The translations under genes were made by a program, and so were the position numbers. From Eledone cirrhosa (lineage: Eukaryota): a stretch of 64,000 bases of DNA. The notes beneath the pieces were generated by a model that saw nothing but the letters and a program-made list of their open reading frames with translations, did no database searches and was not told the origin of the DNA. Below, one piece after another: positions 25,135-36,349 of the stretch (position 1 is its first letter; every line of letters starts with the position of its first letter). The DNA lies in the NCBI GenBank assembly GCA_964016885.1, contig OZ024743.1, positions 201,004,001 through 201,068,000 on the forward strand, read 5' to 3'.

Positions 25135-26351
25135 AGTCGTGGCGTGGACTCGTCGTAGGTCGAATGATTTATCGGAGGGGTTATAAAACGGAGAGTTCCA
25201 GGCTGCTGCTTTATGTGTCTAAAGACACTGCTGCTTTATGTGTAGTTAAGACACCCCCACTAAAGAACAGTCAGGAACCTGAGAAAAACACAATGGAAAG
25301 CATCCAGCAAATAGCAAACTCCATCCACCAGAGCATTAGAGTTACTATAGACTACCCAAGTAGACACCCCAACCATCGATTACCTGTACTAGACACAGAG
25401 CTCTGGTTAGATACTATTAACAACCAAAAACAAATCCTCCATTCCCATTATGCCAAACCCATGACTTCCAAACATCTGATCCACCGAAACTCGGCCATTT
25501 CGGACCATACCAAAATCAACATACTGATTGCGGATTTGATACGGGTGATGAGAAATGTGTCCCGCATGTGCAACCCCGAAGAACTAGAGAGACACATACA
25601 ACACTTCATCCACCGTATGCAGTTCTCTGGCTACAATCAGAGAGATAGAATCAGAGTGTATAAAGGAGCCAGAACCAAATGGGAAAAAATGGTAAATAAT
25701 GACATAAATGGGACCTGCCCCTTGTATAGGAGCAAATTTTGGAATAGAATAGAAAGAACTAAGAACAAGGCCAATAGAATAAACTCATGGTATGATAGCA
25801 ATAAATACCAGAGTGTAATGTTCATCAATACAACCCCTAGAGGCGAACTAGCCTACAAATTTAGAAGGGCCCTAAAGAAACATAATCTCAATATTAAGAT
25901 AGTAGAAAGACCTGGTACCTCCGTAAAAACACTTATTAGCAAGACATACCCGTTCCAAAGACCCTCATGTATAGATAAGAAATGTATAACCTGTAAAATA
26001 AGCCCCCATATTAACTGTAAAACTAGAAATGTAGTATATAGCATAAGATGTACTGAGGGACAATGTAGAAACAAAAATATAGTGTACATAGGTGAGACAG
26101 CTCGTAGTATAGGGGAACGAATAAATGAACACTGGCGAGACCTCCAAGATAGTAAAGAATCATCTGTGCTCTACCAACATGCTAAGATAGAACACAGGGG
26201 TAAATTAGAGAGCATAGAAATAAAAATAGAATCCACACACAAGAAAGACGCAATGTTTAGGCAAATTACAGAGGCAGTAAGCATAAAAGAATTAAAACCA
26301 AAATTAAATAGAAAATATGAGTGGAACAGCAACATCACAACTTACAATTAA
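25128..26351 (+). CDS. Chimeric ORF: antisense-derived N-terminus fused in frame to PLE thumb + GIY-YIG
   Basis: Residues from VVKTPP onward are identical to the C-terminal part of the 772-aa ORF; expression unknown. Confidence 0.55.
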   Translation: MAKSWRGLVVGRMIYRRGYKTESSRLLLYVSKDTAALCVVKTPPLKNSQEPEKNTMESIQQIANSIHQSIRVTIDYPSRHPNHRLPVLDTELWLDTINNQKQILHSHYAKPMTSKHLIHRNSAISDHTKINILIADLIRVMRNVSRMCNPEELERHIQHFIHRMQFSGYNQRDRIRVYKGARTKWEKMVNNDINGTCPLYRSKFWNRIERTKNKANRINSWYDSNKYQSVMFINTTPRGELAYKFRRALKKHNLNIKIVERPGTSVKTLISKTYPFQRPSCIDKKCITCKISPHINCKTRNVVYSIRCTEGQCRNKNIVYIGETARSIGERINEHWRDLQDSKESSVLYQHAKIEHRGKLESIEIKIESTHKKDAMFRQITEAVSIKELKPKLNRKYEWNSNITTYN

Positions 26352-26647
26352 GGACAAAATGAAAACACACACACACATATATAAACAACTTACAATTGAA
26401 AACACACACAAAATGAAAACACACACAAGACAAAATGAAAACACACACACACATAGAACAAACAACCAACCAACAATAAATAAATAAATAAACAAACAAA
26501 TATAAATAGAAAAATAGAAAAATGAACACAAACACACACAGACACCCGGATGTGGCGCATGCGCAAACTGAGCACGCAACCCACACACAAACAAAATGGC
26601 GTAGGATAGAAGAAAGGAAAGGCACAGAAACGAAGAAAGAAATCCCC

Positions 26648-26692
26648 AGTCACTGAAGAGGTCACAGAGTGTGTGACGAAAGAACTATGACT
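26648..26692 (+). ncRNA. Minimal type I hammerhead ribozyme (family A)
   Basis: AGTCA CTGAAGA G-GTCACA gagtg TGTGAC GAAA GAAC TA|TGACT: 5-bp stem I, 6-bp stem II, vestigial stem III, CUA site. Confidence 0.85.
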
Positions 26693-26843
26693 ATATATAT
26701 ATAAACAACTATCTGGTTGTGGAACCAACCAACCAACCAGAAATTTATAAATTTGTAAATTTATAAATATATATTAAATTAAATTGAAGTGAAAGCAACT
26801 GGTGCGTGTGTTTCTTATTGGCAACATGACCCTCCCAAAGTAT

Positions 26844-26883
<40 letters not shown>

Positions 26884-27211
26884 TTTATATATATGTAAAC
26901 GAAACTTCATCGTTTTTCTTGATATATCATCATCACTGTTTAACATCCATTTTACCTCACTGGCATGGGTTAGATGAGATATCCTGTTGTGAGCAAGGCT
27001 AGGTCAGGTGACCATGTCATCCTCATACAGAACCGATTTTGGCTTGGTTTCTACAGCAGGATGCCCTTCCTGTGGGCCACTCATATTCACATGATAGTGA
27101 CTTCTGATATTTTTCTATTGATTTGCAGTATGTATATATATATATATATATATATATGAATAAAGTGGTCCTTCATCAGTTATACAGTTATACTTATATA
27201 TATATATATAT

Positions 27212-27666
27212 ATAATAGGATATGTGTTCCTTCACGCACAAGGTGCTAAGGGACGCATGCGTCCCTTAGCGCCTTGTGCGTGAAGGAACACATATCCTAT
27301 TATTACTACTCTCCTCTACTGTTGAGACAAATTGGGTCGCTCCGACTGCTGCTAGTGATAGTTGCGGCCGGTTTGACCTACCTCCCTCTGCCTCTATCTT
27401 TACTTCGGCCCTTGAAAGAATTGTTTCTACATCATCCACTCTCATCCCAGGAACAGTTTTGATAGCGCTAGTTCGTAATTTAAATTGAAGAATTTTATAT
27501 TCTTCGAATGAAAAGAACCTTCTGACGAGAATCTTTCTTTGCAACGAAGGCCGTATGGCCTCCGTTTATTTTTGGGATTCGAAACCGATCGGTAAAGGTA
27601 ACTATAGTAGGTAAGGTCAATTTTTTAAAATTTATTTTGAAACTTTTTCATTATTTGCTAAACCTT

Positions 27667-27670
<4 letters not shown>
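27212..27670 (+). mobile_element. Family-C PLE-like element: 92-bp loopless palindrome at the 5' end plus hammerhead
   Basis: 27212-27303 is symmetric about gcatgc with one mismatch; (TA)n on both sides. Confidence 0.8.
27517..27599 (+). ncRNA. Type I hammerhead ribozyme with extended stem II and palindromic stem III (family C)
   Basis: ACCTT CTGACGA GAATCTT..[aacg-aggcc gtat ggcct-cgtt]..GGGATTC GAAA CCGATCGG TA|AAGGT; GUA site. Confidence 0.85.
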
Positions 27671-27710
<40 letters not shown>

Positions 27711-27906
27711 ACGTACATACATATATGTATACAGACGTACAGTAGTATGTATATATATACATACATGCACACATATATATATATGTACGTATGGGTTTAC
27801 CAAACATTTATTATAATGTTCGGTTTGTTTGTAAACAAACATTCCAAATTAAGCCGTACAGTGTTCGGCAACCATCGTTGCCCTTTTGTTCAACACTGAC
27901 AAAGGA

Positions 27907-27949
27907 ACGATGAACTAGTTTCAAGCTTATTAGCTCTCGTCAGCACCGT
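27907..27949 (-). ncRNA. Minimal type I hammerhead ribozyme (family D)
   Basis: ACGGTG CTGACGA GAGCT aata AGCTT GAAA CTAG TT|CATCGT; palindromic CTAG loop, GUU site. Confidence 0.88.
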
Positions 27950-28198
27950 ATACCTTCCTGCCAGATGATTGAACGTTTGAAAGTATATACTTTCCTGATG
28001 CATATTAACGGGTGAGCAGCCTAATTTGCATATCGAGTGAGTTAGTCGGCCGGGTGTACCAAAAACGATAAATGGAAAAGAATGAAATGAAATATCATTT
28101 TTCACTCTTAGTACGGCTGATACTTAAATATAAGAATTTATACGTACATACATATATGTATACAGACGTACAAACAAATCGAACATTATAATACATAC

Positions 28199-28259
<61 letters not shown>

Positions 28260-28506
28260 CATGTATGTATATATATACATACTACTGTACGTCTGTATAC
28301 ATATATGTATGTACGTATAAATTCTTATATTAAGCCGTACTAAGAGTGAGAAATGAAATTTCATTTCATTCTTTTCCATTTATCGTTTTTGGTACGCCCG
28401 GCCCACTCCACTAACTCACTCGATATGCAAATTAGGCTGCTCAGCCGTTAATATGCATAAGGAAAGTATATACTTTCAAACGTTCAATCATCTGACAGGA
28501 AGGTAT

Positions 28507-28549
28507 ACGGTGCTGACGATAGCTAATAAGCTTAAAACTAGTTCATCGT
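28507..28549 (+). ncRNA. Family-D hammerhead, predicted inactive
   Basis: Same fold but G10.1>T and G12>A (AAAA for GAAA). Confidence 0.75.
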
Positions 28550-29229
28550 TCCTTTGTCAGTGTTGAACAAAAGGGCAACGATGGTTGCCGAACACTGTAC
28601 GGCTTAATTCGGGCTGTTTGTTTACAAACAAACCGAACATTATAATAAATATTCAGTAAACCCATACGTACATATATATATTTGTGCATGTATGTATATA
28701 TATATACATACTACTGTACATCTGTATACATATATGTATGTACGTATACATACTTATATTTATATATATATATATATACATACTGCAAATCAATAGAAAA
28801 ATATCAGGAGTCACTATCATGTGAATATGAGTGGCCCACAGGAAGGGCATCCAGCTGTAGAAACCAAACCCAAATCGGTTCTGTATGAGGATGACATGGT
28901 CACCTGACCTAGCCTTGCTCACAATATGATATCTCATCTAACCCATGCCAGTGTGGTAAAATGGATGTTAAACAGTGATGATGATATATCAAGAAAAACG
29001 ATGAAGTTTCGTTTACATGTATTAAGTTTTTCTTAATATATACACTCTGCCTGTGTATCGAGTGCTCGTTTTGGTACCACCACCAGTAATTCCCTGAATC
29101 ACATACACTATATATATATATATATACATATCAGTATATGGTTGATGGGTGAGAGAAAAATATACTGAATACCGAAGTAGGGTTTTAAATATTAAATGTT
29201 CATTTTCCTCCACTAGCATAGGTTAGAGG

Positions 29230-29830
29230 AATTGTTCCGTTGTGAGACAAATTATATCAGATGACTCTTTCTTGCTCATACAGAACAGTTTCTGGCTTGC
29301 CCTTCCTAATGCCAACCAGCATATATTGGGTGCTTTATATTGTGGCACCAAAACGGCTAACTGACAGGTTGGACCTGGCTCCTTTTGTCATGTCACCAAC
29401 GTGCCAACTTTACATGGTGTACTGGGTGCTTTTTGTTGTGTCATCAACATGAGCACTTTAAAGGGTGGATTGGGTGCATTTTGTCATGTCAACAATATGA
29501 CCACCCCTCAGGATGGGCCAGGTGCTCTCCTGTCATGTCACCAGCATGAGCACCCCACATGGTGGACTAGGGGCATTTGTTGTATCACCAACATGATCAC
29601 CTTACAAGGCAGACTGGGAGCTTCTAGCCATTTCAGCAACATTGTGAGAGAATGTGTCTAGCTTGGGTTGGACAAGAGAGATATATCAACTATGGAAGGT
29701 GGAGAGATTGGGGGAGGGTGTAGTGCATATATGCAAGATGGGGATTGGAGAGGTATTTCTAAGGTGGGGTACTTAGCTGGTAAAGGGTGGAGTGTTAAGA
29801 CTTGGGAGGTGTAGACAATGTTCTTTTTGT
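29230..29830 (-). mobile_element. Old RTE-3'UTR-derived segment with diverged ~48-bp repeats
   Basis: Repeated 'tggactgggtgctttttgtcatgtcaccaacatgaccac'-like units related to 45655-46900. Confidence 0.6.
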
Positions 29831-30271
29831 CATGGCAGCAGCTTTATGGGAAGGGGAGCAGATTTGGAGCATGTCCTAGTTTCCAAGCTTGTATGTATGG
29901 GTTGAGCATAATCAGAGTGTATAAGGTGGAGAGGGTAGGGAGTATGCATATTGGACATAGTGAAGGCAAGGATATTAAGACTGGAGAAGTGGGAAGGAAA
30001 AGCTAGTTGCAGGCTAGTCTCCTCAACATGTTCCATGTCGTTAAATACTTTAATTAAAAGCTCTATGCACAGTACAATTCTCAATTCATCAGAAGTTTAA
30101 AATGGAAGAATACGTCATCGACTGTTGAAATTGTTGTTGTTGATATATCTTTGTATGTATAGAGACAAAACATATGTAAGGCATAAATTGTTGAAAAATT
30201 GTGTCAAAGAATAAAAATTATCTTGTGCAATTTATTTAGCCCTAGTTCTCAATCCATGAGAAACAAAACTA

Positions 30272-30435
30272 CCATATTGCCCGGCGTAGAAGACGGCACT
30301 TTTCCCCTAAAATAAATCTCAAAAATCTACCATTTGTCCTGGAGTCCAGAGGTTTATTATTTTTTTCAAATTTTTGGTTGTCAAAATTAGGGTGCACCCT
30401 CAAGGACGAAGCGTCTTTGGTGCTGCGAAATACGG
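30272..30435. mobile_element. pogo/Tigger-like MITE
   Basis: TA on both sides; termini ccatattgcccggcgtagaagacg / cgtctttggtgctgcgaaatacgg. Confidence 0.6.
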
Positions 30436-30750
30436 TAACCTAATTATTTCATTGGAAATCTATAACCAATGACTTGTTCACAAAAAAAAATAACATTATA
30501 TTAATATTATATATTTCTACAGCAAAGGTCAAACAATGCTTAAAAGCAATTTATAAATTTTAAATTTATATCAAATTTCAAATTAAATAGAACGGAACGT
30601 TTTGTTCTGAGAGGTACCAATACTCTGATGAAGAGAATTTTAAGTCCTAATATATTAGGATGAAAGAAAAAAGGTAATAATAATAAATAACAGGTAACTA
30701 ACATTTTTGTATCCTTCATTTTACCATCTATTTCACATTATCTTATCCTT

Positions 30751-30843
<93 letters not shown>

Positions 30844-30859
30844 TAAAATAACAGATTAA

Positions 30860-30910
30860 AGTTTAAGCAAAGAATCGCTGCTTTCACCCTTAACGGGATC
30901 TTCTGAAACT
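30860..30910 (-). ncRNA. Family-B hammerhead-like fold (U4A core variant)
   Basis: Reverse complement of 31806-31856. Confidence 0.65.
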
Positions 30911-31805
30911 AACAAAGTCAATCTGTAAACGCAGAACTGGATATTTCAAAAAACGTTGCAACCAGAGGAAGACAGGAAGACGATACTTTGGTTCGTGGTA
31001 ACGTTCCCTGGCAAAGAACGGTAAAAAACGAATAATACGTCATTAATAGGAGCGGTGAAAAACAATTACGCGCAAAGACAGAACCACGTTTATGGTATAA
31101 AAGAGGTCGTAGACTAATGTTCTCTTAGGTGGTGCATAGAGACGTTCTCTGGCAATGAACGAAAAAACGGAGATAATAAGTCATATGTGGAGCGTGGAGA
31201 ACAATAGCACGCAAAGACAAAATCACGTAAATGGTAAGCAGAAATCGTAGACTAAAATTCTAACTAGGAGACCAAATGAATCTCCGCTACAGAGTTAAGA
31301 ACAAAGTAAATAAATACAATACAGAAGTAATAGAAACAAATAAATACATACACGCAAACAGATACGTACATACACAAGCATACGCAAAACCTTACCATAG
31401 GTATACAAAACCACCAATAGTTTCAAGCAGCGTCTTTACATGGTCTCCTAGTTAGAATTTTAGTCTACGACTTCTGCTTACCATTTACGTGATTTTGTCT
31501 TTGCGTGCTATTGTTCTCCACGCTCCACATATGACTTATTATCTTCGTTTTTTCGTTCATTGCCAGAGAACGTCTCTATGCACCACCTAAGAGAACATTA
31601 GTCTACGACCTCTTATATACCATAAACGTGGTTCTGTCTTTGCACGTAATTGTTTTTCACCGCTCCTATTAATGACGTATTATTCGTTTTTTTCCGGTTC
31701 TTTGCCAGCGAACGTTACCACGAACCAAAGTATCGTCTTCCTGTCTTCCTCCGGTTGCAACGTTTTTTGAAATATCCAGTTCTGCGTTTACAGATTGACT
31801 TTGTT

Positions 31806-31856
31806 AGTTTCAGAAGATCCCGTTAAGGGTGAAAGCAGCGATTCTTTGCTTAAACT
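31806..31856 (+). ncRNA. Family-B hammerhead-like fold (U4A core variant)
   Basis: AGTTT CAGAAGA TCCC gttaa GGGT GAA AGCAG cgattct TTGCT T|AAACT; all three stems form; CUU site. Confidence 0.65.
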
Positions 31857-31962
31857 TTAATCTGTTATTTTAATAAATATTTGCTCTACGGTTCTTATAT
31901 ATTTGATATATATTTTCCTTATCGAGCCCTCTTTGGATTTTAGTCTTCAATTTTATTATTAT

Positions 31963-31998
<36 letters not shown>

Positions 31999-32529
31999 CA
32001 CAAGTGGAAGCTTAGTAAAATCGAAGCTTTGACTGTGGCCAAGGAAAACCAACCTACAATAAGGAATAAGTAGCAAAGCATTCAATAAGTCCTTAGAGTA
32101 ATAAAATTACGTTTAAAAGCTTGACAAATTGAAAATTGCGGTAGGCAAAACCCAACCATACAATACCAAAAACAACGAAAGGACTAATCAGGTAAAACAA
32201 TATATATATATATACACATATAACACTACTAACAAAGATCGCTGGTATAAATACAGCATCCTTTGGCCAGCGTCTAGCTCACCCAACAAATCTAGTGAAT
32301 TGCAGTTATGCAACTGCAATCACCTGTTCAGAGTGCACACATTTACTTTTCTAGAGCGTTGGCTGTGCCTTTGATTAGTAAAATTCCTGAACGATCGTTT
32401 CTGTAATATTTCTTTACAAATGCAGATTTTACTACTGCAACGTTCAGAAAATCACGTAAAATCAGCAGATAATTATGCAATCGGGCTATTACACATCTTT
32501 AGCAGGACTGCCCAATGATATAATAATAT

Positions 32530-35500
32530 AATTGTTTCTACTTTTGGCACATGGCCAGCAATTATCTCAGTGTATTACTGGTTCTTTATTTTATCGACCC
32601 AGTAAGGATGAAAGGCAAAGTTAACCTCGGCGGGATTTGAACTCATACCATAAAGGGCCGTAACTCTTTGCTGCAAAGCATGGCGTCCGACCCTCTACCG
32701 ATACTGCCAATCCATCGCAATAATATAATGCGGATAAGTTATACAGCAGTTCAATGCTCTCAATCATATATATATATATATATAAAAATGTTTACGTTAT
32801 ATACTATACATAATGCTGCAAACTAACTACATTTTATTGTTATATTAGGGCGGTGGATTGGCAGTATTGGTAGAGGGTCGGACGCCATGCTTGCCAGCAT
32901 AGATTTACGGCCCTTTACAGTCTGAGTTCAAATCCTACCAAGATTAACTTTGCCTTCCATCTTTACGGGATTGATAAAATAAAGCACCAGTAATGCACTG
33001 GGATAATTGGTGGCCTTGTGCCAAAAGTAGAAACAATTATTATATTAATCATTAAGGTGGTGGATTTGCAGTATCAATAGAGCATCGGACACGCTGCTTC
33101 ATGGCAGAGAGTCATGGCCCTTTAAGTTGTGAGTTCAAATCCAGACGAGTTTAGCTTTACCTTTCATCCTTACAGGGTCGATAAAATAAAGTACCAGTCA
33201 CGCACTGGGGTCGATTTAATCGAATTTCCCTTCCCCCAAATCATTGGCCTTATGCCTAAACCAGAAACCATTATTATTATATTAACCCTTTCATTACTGC
33301 ATTTCTAATGAAATACTCTGCTAATGATTTTCAATTAATCTGGAAAATAATCAAGAATTTGGAGGTATTTAGTAATAAAACTAACTTTCTCATTAGAGTG
33401 ATTAGGGTGTTAAACAAATGCTTAGCAGAATTTGGTTTAGCTCTCTACTTGTTGAGTTCAAATCCTGCTGAGGTTAATTTTGCCTTTCTTCCTTCAGGCA
33501 TCAATAAAGTAAAATACTAGTTATGTATTGCTGTAGATATAGTCAACATATAGACCCCCCCCCCCCCAAAAAAAAAATTGCTGGCCTTGTGCCATAATTA
33601 AAAAACATGGTAGTATCAGTGGAGGGTTGGACGCCATGCTTTCTAGTATAGTTACTTCCCTTTACGGTCTGAGTTCAAATCCCGCCTTTCATCCTTACAG
33701 GGTCGATAAAATAAAGTACCAGTAATGTACTGGGTAATTGCTGGCCTTGTGCCTAAAGTAGAAACAATTATTAATCTTGTGTGGATTGGCAGTATTGGTA
33801 GAGCATGAGACATCATGCTTTTCAGCATAGAGTTATGCCCCTTTAAGTTCTGAGTTAAAATCCTGCAGAAGTTAATTTATGCATTTCATCCTTACGGGGT
33901 CGATAAAATAAAGTACCAGTAATGCACTGGGGAAATTGCTGGCCTGTGCCATAATTAGAAACTACTATTATTCTGGTGCTTAATATAAATTTGTGATGAA
34001 ATATTTTTAGATATATTTAAACACTTTAAAAGAAGCTTGGTTCGGTATCATAGAAATGGGGGCTGTTTAAAGCAGTTTGGTATCAAAAGGGTTAAAATTG
34101 AAATAAAATAAAATGAAATAAAATAAAATAAAATAAACTTGCTGACAGATTTGGTATCAACCTTTGTGCAGCATAATTCCTGACAGCTTTGTTATCCCAG
34201 TACAACCACCACTCCTGCTTACCCTAAATTCTTCACCCATGCTCTTCTTTAGCTAACTGCAAGTTGATGTTCCTTTCTTTTGATATCATTTAAATTAAAG
34301 AACTTCTCATGATGAACAGATGCCAAATATAGAAAAAGAAAAAAAGCCCCCCCCCCCCCAAAAAAAAGAACAAAAGAAATTCCAGCGATGAAAATTATCT
34401 AAAATATTGTATAATAATAATAATAATAATAGCAATAATAATAATAATAATAACAATAATAGTAATGGTAATAATAAAAAACCCTAACAATAACAAAAAA
34501 AAGTAATAAAAATCTTTGAAAAAATAATAAAAGCCATCTTTATTTTATCATCAGTAATTTATCTGATGATAATAGGCCTGTCAGAGAAGGAAACCTTTAA
34601 TTTTCTCACTTTCAAAGAACAGGTCTCCATTTGCTCGATATAGTTCTAGACAGAGGCGACCAATTTGAAGAACACAAGTTTCAATTTTTCATACCATAAA
34701 TTAGTAACACTCTGAATAATGGTTTCTGATTTAGGCACAAGGCCAACAATTTTTTTTGAGGGGTGGGGTGGAGGTTGGAAGTTGATTAAATCGGCTCCAG
34801 TGTGTTACTGGTATTTTATTTTATCAAAAATGTAGGGATGAAAGGCAAAGCTAACCCAGCAAGATTTGAACTCAAAATGTAAAGGGATATAACTATATAC
34901 CACAAAGCATGTTTTCTGATGCTCTACTGATACTGCCAATCTACAGGCATCATCATCATCATCATCACCAACACCATGATGATGATATCACCATCATCGT
35001 TTTATTCAGGCCAGTGAATTGGCAGTATCGCGAGATCATTGGACACCATGTTTTGCAGCATAGAGTTATGGCCCTTTATGGCCTGGGTTAAAATCCTGCT
35101 GAGGTTAGCTTTGCCTTTCATCCTTAGGGGGTCGATAAATTAAAGTACCAGTAATACACTGGGGACAATTTCATTGACTTTCCCCTCCAGCATTGTTGGC
35201 CTTGTGCCTAACTCACAAATTATTATTAGTTCTATTCAGGTTTTTCAAAGCCAGCATTGATTAAATGAAACGCAAACTTCTATGGCTGGGATGTCCTTCA
35301 TGACGTCAACCCAAACTAGTTTTATTTTGTCTTTTAAGTATGCTACTGATCCTTGCATTTATATATAACAATGTAGGAGTAGCAGTGTTGCTGTGAGAGT
35401 GTATATAACAATGTTTAATTTACATATGTTTCCCTGTAGATATCCTTTGATGAGACCGCAATAAGTGTCAAACATTTATTAATGATCATCAACATTTTTT

Positions 35501-35950
35501 CATAACTTTGCAAATGAAGCAGCTGAAATATACTGTACAATGAATATATATTTGTACAAAAATGGTGAGAAAATACAAACTTTGTGTTTGATTGGTGAGA
35601 AGAATAGAATTTTGTTAGTAAGCTAGTGTTTAACCCTTTAGCATTTAAACCGGCCATATCTGGCCAGAACTCTCTAACCTATTTCTGTTCAAACAGCTGT
35701 AACCAGCCGCTCACACCTACATTAAGGTATTGTTCTCAAAATAAGCATCAAAATCTTGTAGAATCAGGATTGGCAGTAGCGATAGAGGGTCGGACGCCAT
35801 GCTTTCCAGCACAGTTACGTCCCTTTACGGTCTGAGTTCGAATCCCGCTGATGTTAACTATGCCTTTCATCCTTACAGGGTCAATAAAATAAAGTACCAG
35901 TAATGCACTGGGTAATTGCTGGCCTTGTGCCAAAAGTAGAAACAATTATA
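32530..35950. mobile_element. Cluster of ~9 S2 SINEs (both strands)
   Basis: Copies at about 32530(-), 32848, 33053, 33420, 33605, 33780, 34720(-), 35010 and 35768. Confidence 0.85.
33286..34091. mobile_element. piggyBac-like MITE interrupted by SINEs
   Basis: TTAA-CCCTTT ... AAAAGGG-TTAA termini. Confidence 0.5.
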
Positions 35951-36027
35951 TAAGATAACTTTATGTAAGATAAAGCTTTACTGTGAAAATGCAATAATAA
36001 ATATAGACTAAAGTAAATGCTAAAGGG
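35634..36027. mobile_element. piggyBac-like MITE with nested S2 SINE
   Basis: TTAA flanks; perfect 14-bp TIR ccctttagcattta; uninterrupted homolog at 59184-59405. Confidence 0.8.
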
Positions 36028-36349
36028 TTAAAATATACTTAATAAAAGGCCATTAGATAGAATTATGATGGACATATTATTATGGTCCCCATCGGTCACT
36101 AATGGCCATGGTTTTGCACTTAGAAAGCTTCCCTCTGGGGTACAAGCATTTACAAATATTTTTTTAAAGGATACAACTTGGGGCAGTTTTAAGTAGGTTG
36201 GTATCAAAAGGGTTAGACATTCTAAATATTCCCTTACTATAAAGTTAGTTGAAAAGAGGGAGAAAGATATACATAGACAAATAAATAGATAGCTAGAATG
36301 GTAAGTAGATAGACAGATAGATGGACAGGTAGATAGATAGATAGATAGA

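Larger units (their letters stand above)
22259..26851 (-). mobile_element. Family-A Penelope-like retroelement, 5'-truncated, with a 1.6-kb inverted 5' copy of its 3' region
   Basis: Arms 22316-23925 and 25242-26851 are colinear reverse complements (ORF ends 22816/26351 sum to the same constant); (TA)n on both sides. Confidence 0.95.
26893..29019. repeat. ~0.75-kb-arm inverted duplication (family-D pLTR plus flanking RTE-3'UTR/host DNA)
   Basis: 26893-27140 = rc 28775-29019; 27700-28150 = rc 28310-28770; scattered substitutions; later insert at 27157-27670 in the left arm only. Confidence 0.9.
30838..31965. mobile_element. Family-B PLE-like fold-back element in (TA)n
   Basis: ~437-bp near-identical inverted arms 30838-31274 / 31441-31878, 166-bp spacer, right arm extended by a tail; no ORF. 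Confidence 0.88.

Noticed and set aside
32380-32480. Hammerhead candidate CTGCTGA...GAAACGATCGTT (minus strand)
   Set aside because: Core mismatch, and stems I and II do not pair.
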